DNA of 64,000 bases from Lama glama (taxonomy: Eukaryota). Position 1 is the stretch's first letter; each line of letters opens with the position of its first letter. Positions 1-12,541 of this stretch are shown one piece after another. The stretch spans positions 15,874,001 through 15,938,000 of the forward strand of contig CM052818.1 of the NCBI GenBank assembly GCA_028534125.1. The letters run 5' to 3'. The translations under genes were made by a program, and so were the position numbers. The notes beneath the pieces are model-generated. The model had not been told where the DNA came from and did not search any database. It saw nothing but the letters and a program-made list of their open reading frames with translations.

Positions 1-161
1 CCCAAGCTTGTACTTTACCCTGTAAAACCTCATGCGCACGTCTTGGAGGTGCTCAGAGCTTCAGAGCAGAAGCCCCTCTGAGCCCGCCTGCGTAATACAT
101 CTGAGTACGCCAACCCTCCGAGTGGTGCTTGTTTCTTGACTGACCTGTCGTTTCCGTAACA
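1..161 (+). mobile_element. 3' part of an ERV LTR, truncated by the window edge
   Basis: CpG-retaining R/U5-like sequence ending ...TTTCCGTAACA. It loosely resembles the 3' part of the LTR at 7924-8576. Confidence 0.6.
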
Positions 162-1227
162 ATGCTTCCATATCTAATAGTAGAATTGTCTCTACACCTG
201 ACAGGGGCACTTTTTTTTTCTTTTTATTAAGATTATTACCTAGCCCAGGTCTTCATCACTTGAGAATTAGAGTCTATCAAATATCCTTAAACTAGACTGC
301 TTGAGTCCAACATACACAACTTTATCAGAAACTGCAGCAATCAACTCCAGACCATGTTTCCTTAATAGAAAAAAAAAAATGGCTGGAATGAGAAACTGAA
401 AACAGCCAGAGACATACAGAACTTTGTCAGTACAGTATGTCCCCTATTCATGCTCTTGATATTACCACTAAGACTGTATTCCTGGGATTAAGATGCCATG
501 ATCTGGAATTCCTGGGCTAATTCTCGTTTCCAATTACTCTCTCCCTACATAGCCATTCTTCAGGAGACTTGACATAAATGCTTGAAAGCATCATATCCAT
601 CATCGTATTCCTCTGATTAGTAGTTCCTTATTTCCTTTTTTTTTGAATGATTGCCTGTTTTCAAGCAAGTGATAGTGCAGTCTTCAAAAAATAGTAGTAC
701 AATTTTTCTTCATTTATCTGGGCCTTCACAGAACCCACAATCTAGCCCCTTTTCTATCCTGCCTTGAGTTATATATTGCTTCATATTTTTGGGTCTCTTT
801 CCTTAACCATATTATATGTTAAATAAAGCAGTTTTAAAACTTTACATTAATATGTGGATAAAAATGCTTATTTTCCTCCTAGAGGAAAATAAAAAGAGAA
901 AGAAAGCAAAGCAGAAGAAATACTGTATCTTAGAAAGTTTTAGAGTTCAATTTGTTTTGATTCAATAAATATGCATTTAAATAATACTTATAGACATTAT
1001 ACTATACAGAGTACACAGAGATGACTGAGGTAAGGAAGTTTTAATTTTCAAGACAGAATAATATTGGTTTTATAGTAGAAGTATGGTTGTGGGCTACATA
1101 AACATAGAAGAAAGATAAATTAATTTAAGATGGGCAGATGAATGGCTTCACAAAAAATTCCAGATATGGTTTGGCTTTGAAGTGGGAACAAAATATTGAT
1201 TATATATGAAGAAAGAACATTTTAAAG

Positions 1228-1550
1228 TGTCAAAGTAATTAAATGAGGAGGTGTCTCGGGAGCCTACTTAAGCAAACCAAAACCTAATCTGTAAATGCCT
1301 CAAGGTTAAGAAATCAAAACCTACGGCCAACCAATCACAAACAGCCAAGTAGAATTTCCAGGCAACCACTTAAACTATAGCCAATCATATAATTTCCTTA
1401 CTTCGCCTCCATGTCTTTCCTATAAATGTCTTGCCTCCCATAGGTGGAGAAAACTTTTAACCACTTTGGTTAGGTGCTTCCTGATCTGAATTGAGTTTTG
1501 CTCAACTAAACTCCTAAAATTTTTCATATGCCTCAGTTTATCTTTAAACA
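1228..1550 (+). mobile_element. ERV1-type solo LTR
   Basis: TG...CA termini with 4-bp TSD AAAG (1224-1227 and 1551-1554). CCAAT boxes at 1331 and 1381, TATAAAT at 1421. Confidence 0.8.
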
Positions 1551-1714
1551 AAAGGGGAAAGGGTCCTTTAATTGAGAGTGGGAGAGGTTGAGCAAAAATT
1601 AAGAACTAGAAAAATGGTTTGAGTTTAGTGAGTTTGGGAAAATGGCTAAAGGAAGACACCCATCGATGAGGAGACAGAAGGTAAGAACGGGAGAGTAACC
1701 TGGTGATTGCTAGT

Positions 1715-2490
1715 TGTAGTACTGTGATTTACAATAAGAAATATTTATCTGGTCTTTGTCCTCCTTTCTGGCACAGAGCTCCTAAAACCTTGTAATTTCC
1801 TAGGTGATAAGCATGATAAAGGTGTTGATATTCAAAACAAATTCCTTTCAGTCTCACTGAGTTTATGTTAATAAGGTGACTTTGGAAATCACCTAAGTGT
1901 GGGTCTAATTGCCAGGAGAGCCAACCCTCTCATTAAAGGGTAGGAACTTTCAGTCCCACCTTCCTGACCTCCAGGGAGGGTAAAGAGGCTGGAGGTTAAA
2001 TCAATCGCGAAAGGTCAAATGAACCACGCTTATGTAATGAAGCCTCCATGAAAAACCTCAAAGGGCTAGGTTTGGAGAGTTTCCAGGTTGGTGGACATAT
2101 AGAGGTCTTTGGATTGTGGCAAGTTCTGAGAGAGCAAGGAAGCTCTGTAACCCTTTCCCCATAATTTCCCCAATGCATCTTTCTTTCTAGCTGTTCCTGA
2201 GTTACATCCTTTTCTAATCAATCAATAATCTAGTAAGTAAACTGTTTTCCTGAGTTCTGTGAAATACTCTAGCCAACTAATTAAACCCAAGGAGCAAGTA
2301 GTGGGAACTTCTAGTTTATAGCTAGTCAAAAGTACGGGTGACAATCTGGACTTGGTGATTCGTATCTAAAGGCAGAGGGTAGTCTTGTGGGACTAAGTTC
2401 TTAATCTGTGGGAGCCCTTAACCTTCAGGTAGATCATGTCAGAACTGAGTTAACTGGTTTGCAGTGTGGGAGAAAGTACACATTAGACTA
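1715..2490 (+). mobile_element. MER21-like solo LTR
   Basis: The start TGTAGTACTGTGATTT...CTGGCACAGAGCTCCTAAAACCTTG and internal GAACTTTCAGTCCCACC match the recalled MER21 consensus. The 3' end is approximate. Confidence 0.75.
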
Positions 2491-2809
2491 GTTACTAAAC
2501 TAGTTGGAAAACTGAACACATATATTTACCTCTACTCTCTTAAAGCCCACTAAATTGAAATCAGATGAATTAAAAAAGATATATACTCACAAAGATAAAG
2601 AGAATGGAAGAGAGAGAACATCTTGGAAGATAAACAAAATCTTAATTGACAGAGTGGATAAAATTAAAATCTGAGTATTGACCCTAGGCGGGGGCAGGGA
2701 ACAAGAAACAAGCCAACACACAATATAGAGAATATTGGCCCACACAAGGTACCTTGAAGGGAGGCATTTAACAGTAACTATGGGATTAAATTCTGTATAA
2801 GGAGTAGTC

Positions 2810-3309
2810 NNNNNNNNNNNNNNNNNNNNNNNNNNNNNNNNNNNNNNNNNNNNNNNNNNNNNNNNNNNNNNNNNNNNNNNNNNNNNNNNNNNNNNNNNNN
2901 NNNNNNNNNNNNNNNNNNNNNNNNNNNNNNNNNNNNNNNNNNNNNNNNNNNNNNNNNNNNNNNNNNNNNNNNNNNNNNNNNNNNNNNNNNNNNNNNNNNN
3001 NNNNNNNNNNNNNNNNNNNNNNNNNNNNNNNNNNNNNNNNNNNNNNNNNNNNNNNNNNNNNNNNNNNNNNNNNNNNNNNNNNNNNNNNNNNNNNNNNNNN
3101 NNNNNNNNNNNNNNNNNNNNNNNNNNNNNNNNNNNNNNNNNNNNNNNNNNNNNNNNNNNNNNNNNNNNNNNNNNNNNNNNNNNNNNNNNNNNNNNNNNNN
3201 NNNNNNNNNNNNNNNNNNNNNNNNNNNNNNNNNNNNNNNNNNNNNNNNNNNNNNNNNNNNNNNNNNNNNNNNNNNNNNNNNNNNNNNNNNNNNNNNNNNN
3301 NNNNNNNNN
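2810..3309. other. Assembly gap of exactly 500 N
   Basis: Run of N seen directly. Confidence 0.99.
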
Positions 3310-3654
3310 GAGGAGGTTTGTTTAGTGAGTTCTCTCTTTCTCTGGGGGAGAGGATGGGCAGGTGTGCTAGCTGCCTATGAAAGCTAAGAGTCCTCTAATT
3401 TGGAAATCCTTCTCTTGTAATGCAAATCTACTGCATGCACAGATAAACACTGACTCTAATCCCGTTGGAACTAGTGGCTTTAGGAACCACAGCTAGGGTT
3501 ACTGTTCTTTTTACTGCTTTTTACTGTGAGTAATAAACCGTCTCTTTATGATCCAGGGTCTGGTGTTTCTCAGTATACTTATATGAAACTATGGCAAGCT
3601 AACTTGTTATCTTCAAAGTAGGGTAAAAGTCTCAGACCCCTCACAGTTGCTAAC
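3310..3654 (+). mobile_element. ERVL LTR 3' part (LTR40-like)
   Basis: AATAAA near 3532 followed by GCAAGCTAACTTGTTA...GTAGGGTAAAAGTCTCAGACCCCTCACAGTT, like the recalled LTR40 3' end. Confidence 0.6.
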
Positions 3655-4223
3655 TTTATAAGCTTAAGACCTGGCATAGTGCCTGGCATGTAGCAATATT
3701 AATGGGCTAGTCAGTGAAGGCTAGTCAGTGAAGGCTAGCGGAAGACTTTCATTGATATACCCAATATCAGTAAAAATTGTGAATGACATTGAAATTGACC
3801 ATAAAAATTACTGGTGCATTTGTCTAACATACCCCTGTGAGATATCTGCATTTTTCATTGTCTTTGAGCTATTTTATTAATCTGTACTGAAAACTGGTAG
3901 TAATGCAAGTGATTCTTTACTCATAGAAAAGCAAATTAAATTTATACTGTGGATACTAGCCAGATTTACACCCATTTGAAAATTCACGTCAATATTGTAG
4001 GCTGCCTAAATTACCTATACTGCCTGCACAAATATATGTGTTTGTTTGGATTTTCCTTTGAATTGGTTTTTAATATCTTATTGGCACCATCATTAATGAA
4101 TGTGTTACACAAATCTTGGATGTGTGCTCATTTTATAGTTATATTAAAATCATAATTTAGAAAACATTATCCTTTAATGCCAGTGATACAGCTTTAACCT
4201 CATGAAGGGTTGTGCAAGAATTT

Positions 4224-4225
<2 letters not shown>

Positions 4226-4266
<41 letters not shown>
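4226..4266. repeat. (TG)n microsatellite, about 20 units
   Basis: Seen directly. Confidence 0.98.
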
Positions 4267-4269
<3 letters not shown>

Positions 4270-4974
4270 AAAGAGCTATTATTGTAATTTGTTGTTTTAG
4301 ACTTTTCCCATTCTTTTTTGTAGATTTCCAAATCTACAGATCACAGAATTTCTATAATCATTGAAATACTAGGACTACCCCCATATTTTAGGCATGGGCT
4401 ACAGATTCTGTACCATTTAAAAGGTGTTGGGAAAAAAAAATATGGTAAGGTAGGCAAAGGAGCCTCCAAATCCGACCAACACTTTGCATTATAAATCATA
4501 ATAATACAGATTTTAGATTTGTAAAATACACAAATGAATATTTATTATACTTTTTAAGGGAGTCTAAGTATAGCCAGTATAGGAAATATCCTGGTAGAAT
4601 GAATCATATCTATGCCTTGACATGACCAAGCACCCAGAAGCCATGAATGTTTGAACAGCTGTTGAGAAGATTCACAAGGCTGACTGCAAATCTTGCCAAA
4701 AGCATATTTATTTCCAGGAAATTATGAAGTTCTTTATCCCAATTTTCCTTAAATAAAATACTGGAAATAATATTTTCTACAAAAATTTGTATTCAGAACA
4801 TGAAATTAAAGTGAGAAAGCCCTGAATTGCTATCACTATACAGACTTAACATTCTATTTATGAGAAATAAATTAAGTGAAAATAGAAATTCAAATATACA
4901 GGGAAAAAATATATTGCAAAACAGCAGCAACAAACAATAATCACCTTTTAAAAAAAAGCAACTAGCGGGTTTAT

Positions 4975-5465
4975 TGAAAGTTCATCAGTTTTTTCACTAA
5001 TATCCTTTTATTCCAGGATCCAATTCAGGATCTCTCACTGCCTTTAGATGTTGTCTCTCCTTAGTCTCCTTCAGACTGGAAGTCCCTCAGTCTGTCATGG
5101 CCTCCACACATTTGAAGATTACTAGTCTGGTATTTTGTAGAATGTCCCTCAGTTTGGGATTATGTGATTTTTTTTTTCATGATTAGATTGATTAGTAATG
5201 CCTTACTGGGAAGAATGGCCGAGAAGAGACATCACCTCGCTTCATCACATCAGCCCGTGCATCATGATGGTATGTTTTCTTAATGGTTATGTTACTCTTG
5301 ATTGTTTGTTTACGGTGGTGTCTCTCAGGTTTCTTCACTGTGTAGTTAGTATTACTCCTTCTGTAATTGGGGAGGTAAATATTTTAAGAATACTAATTTG
5401 AGTCTGTGCAACTACCCTGGTTTCTCAACTTTGACACCTTATTTTTTAGCACCTATTGCTGCATC
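4975..5465 (-). mobile_element. Old L1M (L1MC-like) 3' UTR fragment
   Basis: TTCCAGGATCCAATTCAGGATC...GTATTTTGTAGAATGTCCCTCAGTTTGGG is the antisense of the recalled L1MC 3' UTR motif. Confidence 0.7.
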
Positions 5466-7144
5466 ATAGAGACCAGTCCTCCCTGACTTCCCAAATTTGT
5501 ACTGTTTTTTTTGTATTTGTTTTACTTCTTTAAATCTTGAAAATACCCATGCATACTTATAAGCTTCTGAGAATATGTGTATTATTTTCTATTTGCATTG
5601 TTTTCTATTTAGTTCATGTAGGTTTACTTCATCTCATCGTATTAGAGGTTTAATACACTTGAGTGCAATGTCTATATCATCATCTCTTTTATCCTCACAG
5701 CCACTGACCAGTGGTATTCAGATAATAGATGGATATAAAATGCTAATTATCATTGCCAACATCAAATGCATTAGTAAATAGAATGTCTACTGGATTCAAA
5801 GAACTGACCTACTTTTCTATTTGCTAGAAAGTTGGTAATACTTCATACAGTTGCCATCAGGTTGAAATGAACCCCTACATGTACCATTTAGAAAGGAACT
5901 TGAAACATAGTAAACATTTAGTGTTATTAATTTTTAACATGAGTTTATGAGTAACATTAGTATTATATATGATAAAGAGCATAGACTATTGATGAGCTCT
6001 AAAGAGGAGAGTAATATAGTTAGATTTGGATAACAGAAGTGTAATTATGGACCAATGCCAATGTCACTCTACCTGCATAACTACTCTTCTGTTTCAGTTC
6101 AACATTCTCACACAAATTTAATTTTTCTAGCTGCAAAAGCATTTGAGGAAATGAATTTTCAAATAAAGTCATTTTAAACTGTTTGCTATCCATGAGCTCG
6201 ATTAAGTTAGTGGTAAGTCAGTGCTGTTACTTATGTTCAACAAGTAAGAGGCAAATGCCTCCACCTTTCCAGCCTCTTCTCTCTACAAGGATAGGGGTCC
6301 TTTCTTACAACCCAGATTTTCAAAGATGCACACAGTGGCATTCAAGATTAAACAATTTTCAGTTACTGTTATTTAACACTAATAATATACAAATAAATAT
6401 TTATGACAGATACATAAAGTGTGAAGAACACCCACTTACCACCTCATTTAAGTAAACAAGAAATTGCCATTACTTTGAAGTCATTTGTGTTATCTTCATT
6501 CCACTGCTTCCCTTCTCTATCAGAAAGAACCACTCCCTGAATTATGTGCTTATTACTTCACTGCTTTTCCTCATGGTTTTAAAAATATCTGCTGTTCAAC
6601 ATTTCTTTCCTTCTACTTACTATTGTACTCTGTTATATCTAGTGTTCAATATTTCGTTCCTTCTAAATTTTCTTTCCTTGTGGGCTTAATTTCTTCTAAC
6701 TTGTTTACTTAGACATTTATCTTACTAGTTTTCATCTTTTCTAAAAATTAGACAGGGGTCAACATTTTCTTGTTTATACCCATTCGATGGATTCTGCAAA
6801 TTCAACATGTATTATTTGCATTGCCATTCAGTTCAAAATATTTTCTAGCACTCTATGATGAGTTTTTCTGTCTTCCACAAATTCCTGTAAAAAATGAGTT
6901 TACTTCTCATACATTCAGTTTTTATAGTTTATTCTGTTCTGTTTTATTCATATCTTCTATAATCCTTACTGATTTAATTTTTTCTTAATCTATCATTACA
7001 GGGAGAACTTGGGAAACATATTTCATTATGCAGGTGGATTCATCAACTTTTATTGAGATCTATCAAATTTTATGTATATTTCACAATTTTTTAATGCATC
7101 AAAGTAAATACTTATCATATAGTCCTGATGAATTAAAACATTCA

Positions 7145-7440
7145 CCATAAATTGACTGATCGCCCCAAGTGCTGTCCCTCTGGATCTATCCTCATGTTTA
7201 AGGGGAAGCCATGCTTCTCCAGGGCTGCTCCCAGCCAATGACAGAATGGCTGGGGTGCACTGTTGGCCTATTTCTCTGAGACACAGGATTTGGCTGATGG
7301 GTGATTTGACTTGAGGACTCTTCATTGGGCAGAAACCTTTCTATTACCTGCTCTTCACTTTGACTCTTCCGATTTTATCCCCAAACAATCTCTTACGCAT
7401 CTAATCTTATTTTTGGCATCTGTTTCTCAGGGCACTGATA
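7145..7440 (+). mobile_element. ERVL LTR16-like solo LTR
   Basis: CTCCCAGCCAATGAC motif and 3' AATCTCTTACGCATCTAATCTTATTTTTGGCATCTGTTTCTCAG, like the recalled LTR16 consensus. Confidence 0.65.
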
Positions 7441-7923
7441 CGTGTACTGCCTTTTGTCTTGCATCTTTCTCTCCTCTTTGCCTCCCTCTGCTTGATAATT
7501 TTCTCATTGTATTCTCTTCCCCTCAACTTCACTGGAAGTTACACACTCTATTTCTTTATTTTTAATGATAACAGTAAAAAAGTAACATATATTTAATTAT
7601 CAAAATCTAAATTTAACTATTTTAAGCTCTATAAGACATTGTTGTTGTTATCACATTGTTTGGTACAATGAACAGTTCTTTAGTTTTTACCCACATATTC
7701 ATCCTATTGTTAGACTGGACTTTCACTCTGGTATATTTAACTGGATTTCCTTTTAATATTTTTTTACTTGGATTTTGTTTAGTTAGAATTTCTAAGTCTG
7801 TGGACTGGTGGCTTTAAGCAGTTCTGAAAATTTCGTCACATTAAACACTACTTCCACTCAAATTTTGTCTTCTCCTTCTGTACCTCTGTACTCTGTGTAG
7901 ACATATTTTAGATTGTCTTGTTC

Positions 7924-8576
7924 TGTTAGAGCATAGCTAGATATAAGCAGAGAAAGGGGGACACAGTCGAAATGGCAGGAATTTGGCAGAAAGGAGGGGC
8001 ACAGGCCAAATGCAGGAAACCACACGTCATGTAAGCAGCAGGGATCCTTGGGCAGAGAAAGAAAAGCAGGAACCTTGGGGCTGATAAGGGATCATGCCTT
8101 TTGGGATGACAAGTGGTCTGGAGAAGAACAAAGAAAGGTAAGAAAAGGCAGGAATTTCCAGTGTCTGAATGTAACCTTTTGCTCATTATGCCCTCATTTC
8201 AATAAAACTAGCCTTGCAGATCAGAAGTACCCATCATGCACCTACGCCATGACACTTCCGATCCAGACTAAATAAGGACAAAAATCCCTCCTCCCTTTGG
8301 GAAGGTGGAGTTGGGATGATAATCAGGGAATACGATCCCAAACCCTTCCCTCCCCAATGAATACTCCACCCATTCATTTTTACGCCCTATGTAACTAAGT
8401 TGCCAAAGAAACTCAGGGCAGCCACTCACCTGAGCCTGCCCGCTCTCCCCTGAGAGTGTACTATCCATCCTTTAATAAATTCTCACTTTACCTTTCTGTA
8501 ACCTCTATGTCTTGTCTCTGAATTCTTTCTGGGATGGGACAAGAACCTGGAACATCGGTTGCATCTATCGGCAACA
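7924..8576 (+). mobile_element. Relatively young ERV1-type solo LTR (653 bp)
   Basis: TGTT...AACA termini, perfect 4-bp TSD GTTC (7920-7923 and 8577-8580), AATAAA at 8474, retained CpGs. Confidence 0.9.
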
Positions 8577-10599
8577 GTTCTATACTCCATATCCCTTAAT
8601 TTGTCTTCCTTATTCCCCATTCTATCTTTCTGGGCTGGATTCTAGAGAATTAATTCAAGTTTAATTTCTAGTTTATTGAGTATATCAAATCTACTATTGA
8701 ACTTTAAATATATATTATTGCATTGTTAATTTTAGAAGTTTTATTTAGACCTATTTTTAATTGGTCAATTTTTTTAATGAGTTCTTAAAATTTACCTATT
8801 TTCAACCTGCCCTCTTTACCTAATAGTTCCAATTTGTAGTCTCCATGGGTCTGATACTGCTGTTTATCATTTCTCTCAGTCATGGTGTCTTATTTCTTTG
8901 TATTTTGTCAACTTTACCATGGTTTCATGGTTTTTGAAACTTCATGGGAATTACCTGAGGTTTGCACTGAAGGTAGGAGTGTCAGCTTTTGCCAAGGAGA
9001 CCAGTAGTCTGAGACCAACTCAAACCATAATAATTCATTTTATCATCTCACACAGCAGACTGATCCAAAATACCTATTTTTAGGTTTGAGCAGCTTGAAA
9101 GACACTGTTGAGGTACCTCTGCCACCTGACTTGGCTGTGACAATAATGTCTTCTTTGTCATTTTTGGCTTGTCCCACTAGACACACTATTTCACCTGCAG
9201 ACATCCATTCTGCTGTCAGGAGGCAATTATGTCCACAAATTGTCAAACCTATGTCAGATTCTCTGCTTGAGGCCCCTTAGGCCATTGAGGTAATATGAAA
9301 AAATGCTACAGTATCTTTGAATGTCAGATTATAGTTATAATTTTTCAAAGGGACACAACTTTCTTCCCTACCCTGAGCTCAAAGCGGGGATTTACTCATT
9401 TGGGAAAAGCGTGAATTTTCCTCTAGATCGTCCTTTAGGTCTTTTCTACGGATGTGCCTACTTTGGTAGCCTTGGGCTTTGACATTTTTTTGCTCCCCAA
9501 GAGGAAATGAAAAATCCAAGCCCAAGTTTCCTAGGTTAGGCAACGCCAAAATGTCCTCTACATGAAGATCAGTTTCTACTCCAGGGTCCTCCTCTGTCTT
9601 AGTTTCTGGCATCTGAGTTATACCCAATGTTCCAGTACACACAGGGTTATCAGTGTGTGCCTGTGTGTGTAACATCTATTGCAGTACTTGCCACTGTTAT
9701 CAGTGGACAAGGCTTCCAGGCTTTTAGGATACTATAGTGTGAGAGATGGAAGTCTCTAATTATTTTCTAGTGTGATTGGACTTGTTTTCAATTCAAAGGG
9801 AAATTAGCTCAGCTGTCCTAAAACACAGATCCATGTTTCAGTGAAAAAAAACTGAAGTGAGGTTGTTGCTGCCAATTTGACACTGAGAGAATGCACATTT
9901 CTAAAATGTTAGGGCTGAGATACTGGACTGCAAACTAGCCAGGCTCGCCCACTGCTACCTGCTCCCACACAATGTTTACTTAAAATCTTAGGCAACAGTA
10001 TGAGATTTTTATTTTGAGAATCTGTCCTATTATGAAATATGTGTTTTCCATGGTTCTGAACCCCTTTGTGTGGGAGTAGCTTCATTCCACTTTATTCCTC
10101 TGCATGTTTTGGTAAAAAACAGATTATAGAGGTAGCCTTTGTGGGTGGCTCTTTTGTCTTTACCTAAATAGAGGCAAATCTACTGAAATAATACCTTGCA
10201 GTGAATATTAAAGTATTTCCAAATACTTTCCAAATTATCTGGAAATATCAGAGGAGGAAGAGTCAAAAGGATTCAATATTACTTATTAAAAACCCCAAGG
10301 TCTTTCTCCTAAATGCCTCGTAAGCATACGGTAAGTATCTATAATGACTTAACCCCAGGAAGAAATCAGGGAATCCTTTATGAATACTTACGGCAAAAAC
10401 ATGTGACTCTATCCATTAATAAAAAATGCTTTCTTAATAGGCATTATTTTAAATAGACATTATAAAAGACATTGATATGTCTTTCCAGACTCCTTCATTA
10501 GATTATGGTTTCTTTTTTTTTAAAGCGCTATGCTAACTCTTTAAATGCTCATTTTGGAATCTGACAGCAGCAAAGGATTTTGGAGGCCCATGTTCCTTA

Positions 10600-10810
10600 C
10601 ACTTGGCTGACTAATCATTAGAATTAACTGGAGAGACTTCTGAGAATTCAACAATTCAGATTCCTGTCCTCTCCATAATATTACTGAATCAGGAGATGTT
10701 TGAAACAGCTTCCCGGTAAATCTTGGTGAAGAAATTATGGATCAAATCTAGTCACTTAACTTTACCAATGAAGAAACTGAGGCCTTGGTAGATTATTTGC
10801 AGAAGCCACA
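10600..10810. mobile_element. MER5-like hAT fragment followed by a MIR core
   Basis: CATTAGAATTAACTGGAGAG...TACTGAATCAG (MER5-like), then TTTACCAATGAAGAAACTGAGGC (antisense MIR core). Confidence 0.5.
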
Positions 10811-11480
10811 TATTGTTCTTTCTATTGTGCTAAAATGATGCTTTTGCACTCCTTATGGAGTTTATAATACTGTTCCTAGTACATCACTATAATGGGCACG
10901 TACAAAAAAAAAATTGGGAGAAATGGTGTTACAGTACATTGGCAGCAGGTTTGTGTTACTATTAAGTCTAATGTATCCTAGATTGGTTCTTCGGAATATC
11001 GAAAAGCAAAAGATGTTAATCACAGGATTGGGAATTATCCCTAATTACTGAGACCTAACTAACTAGCAGATTTAATTTCAAAATACTGTAGAACTGCTTT
11101 GAGTATTAAGACTTCTGGGAATATAAACAATTTCTTACATATTTGCTTATTATCATTTGAATCTTTAGTGTCTATAGTATGTACATAAAAAGGCCTATTA
11201 AAGTTGCTTAGGTTTAAATTACATTCAATACATTTAAATTATAACCTAAGTGACCTAACTTTCTTCCGCTTTAAGCTTAACTTACTAATATTTTTCCCAT
11301 TTATGAATGCAGTCAGTTTTGCATAAAAAGGACATATACTTTCCACTTATTCTCTGACAAATGATCAATTTCTCAAATTTAATTGACTGAAATTCCTTAA
11401 AAACTAGTCTCATTTACAAATGTAGCTATATTCTCTTGAGCATACTAAAACGGTACTCCAGATTAATATATTTGATTTTC

Positions 11481-11604
11481 TGGAGGGGAGGGTAATTAGG
11501 TTTTTATTCAACTATTTATTTTAATGGAGGTACTGGGGATTGAATCCAGGACCTCATGCATGCTAACTAAGCCTGTGCTCTACCTCTGAGCTATACCCTC
11601 CCCC
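11481..11604 (-). mobile_element. Camelid tRNA-derived SINE (Vic-1 type)
   Basis: The minus strand reads GGGGAGGGTATAGCTCAGAGGTAGAGC...GAGGTCCTGGATTCAATCCCCAGTACCTCC, with Pol III A and B boxes, then an AT-rich linker and AACCTAATTACCCTCCCC. TSD TGATTTT at 11473-11479 and 11605-11611. Confidence 0.88.
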
Positions 11605-12349
11605 TGATTTTTTGAAAAGCATTTTAAATGGCTAATAGAGCATAATAATCTAACAAGCAAGTTCACCCTAGGTCTTATATAACTCTTGTGATTCTAGTAA
11701 CTCAGACTGATAAAGGTAGTAGATCATTTTCTCTTACATTATTAAATACTATTAACCAACATAATCAAATCTCTTATACCCTCCAAATTATAATCAGAAG
11801 TCTGTAACTGATTTAAAAAACAACAGTAACATTTAAAATAATAAATAAACAACACCAGTAGATTATCCAAAAAAAAGTTATTGCTGTTGGTTTTGATTAT
11901 GTCATCATTGTTTATGTTTACATCCTTTTTTGATTTGTGAAGTCACTTGTTCACTTAAAAGGGGGCAATTTTATGAAATTAGGCAATCTGAAGGTACAAG
12001 GTGACAAACTAGACCAGCTGCAAGGTTACCTAGAAGTCAGAGACTCCAATTTAGAACCTGGGTTGGGCAGTACAACCTTCTTCCCTAGCACATATGAATA
12101 GGCTCAGTTCCTTTCACAGAAGACTTACGATTGCCATTATCATGTAGAAATTCCAAGGCGAGATTTTAATATGGGATTAATTTTACCTCCAACTATTTGC
12201 TAATTTTTGTAACCATTTTTATTGGATTAAATTAATCTCTTTACTACCTGACTATATCTTGCATTTTCCCCTCAGTTCTATCAATCACGGTTCCATTCTC
12301 ACTTTGCATCTAATCTGTGTTCAGTGAAGATTTGAAAATCACTCCTTGA

Positions 12350-12541
12350 TAGGGTTATAGGATAAAATACTAAATAGTCAATTAAATTTAAATTCCTATT
12401 AATAATAAATAATTTTTAGTGTAAGTACATTTCATGCAATATTTAGAATGTAGTTACACTAAAAAATTATTCATTGTCCATCTGGAATTCAAATATAACT
12501 GGGTTATCTTGTATTTTTATCTGCTAAATCTGGCAACCCTT
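12350..12541. mobile_element. MER53 palindromic hAT MITE
   Basis: TAGGGTT...TGGCAACCCT termini, internal palindrome, 8-bp TSD CTCCTTGA/ATCCTTGA (12342-12349 and 12542-12549). Confidence 0.88.

Larger units (their letters stand above)
6355..9000 (-). mobile_element. Highly decayed L1ME-like fragments, interrupted by two LTRs
   Basis: T-rich antisense L1-like text on both sides of the LTRs at 7145 and 7924. Boundaries are approximate. Confidence 0.5.

Noticed and set aside
3705..3738. 14-bp tandem duplication GGCTAGTCAGTGAA
   Set aside because: Real but an ordinary slippage event.
11530..11604. Functional tRNA gene
   Set aside because: It has a disrupted anticodon arm, a SINE tail and a TSD, so it is a SINE.
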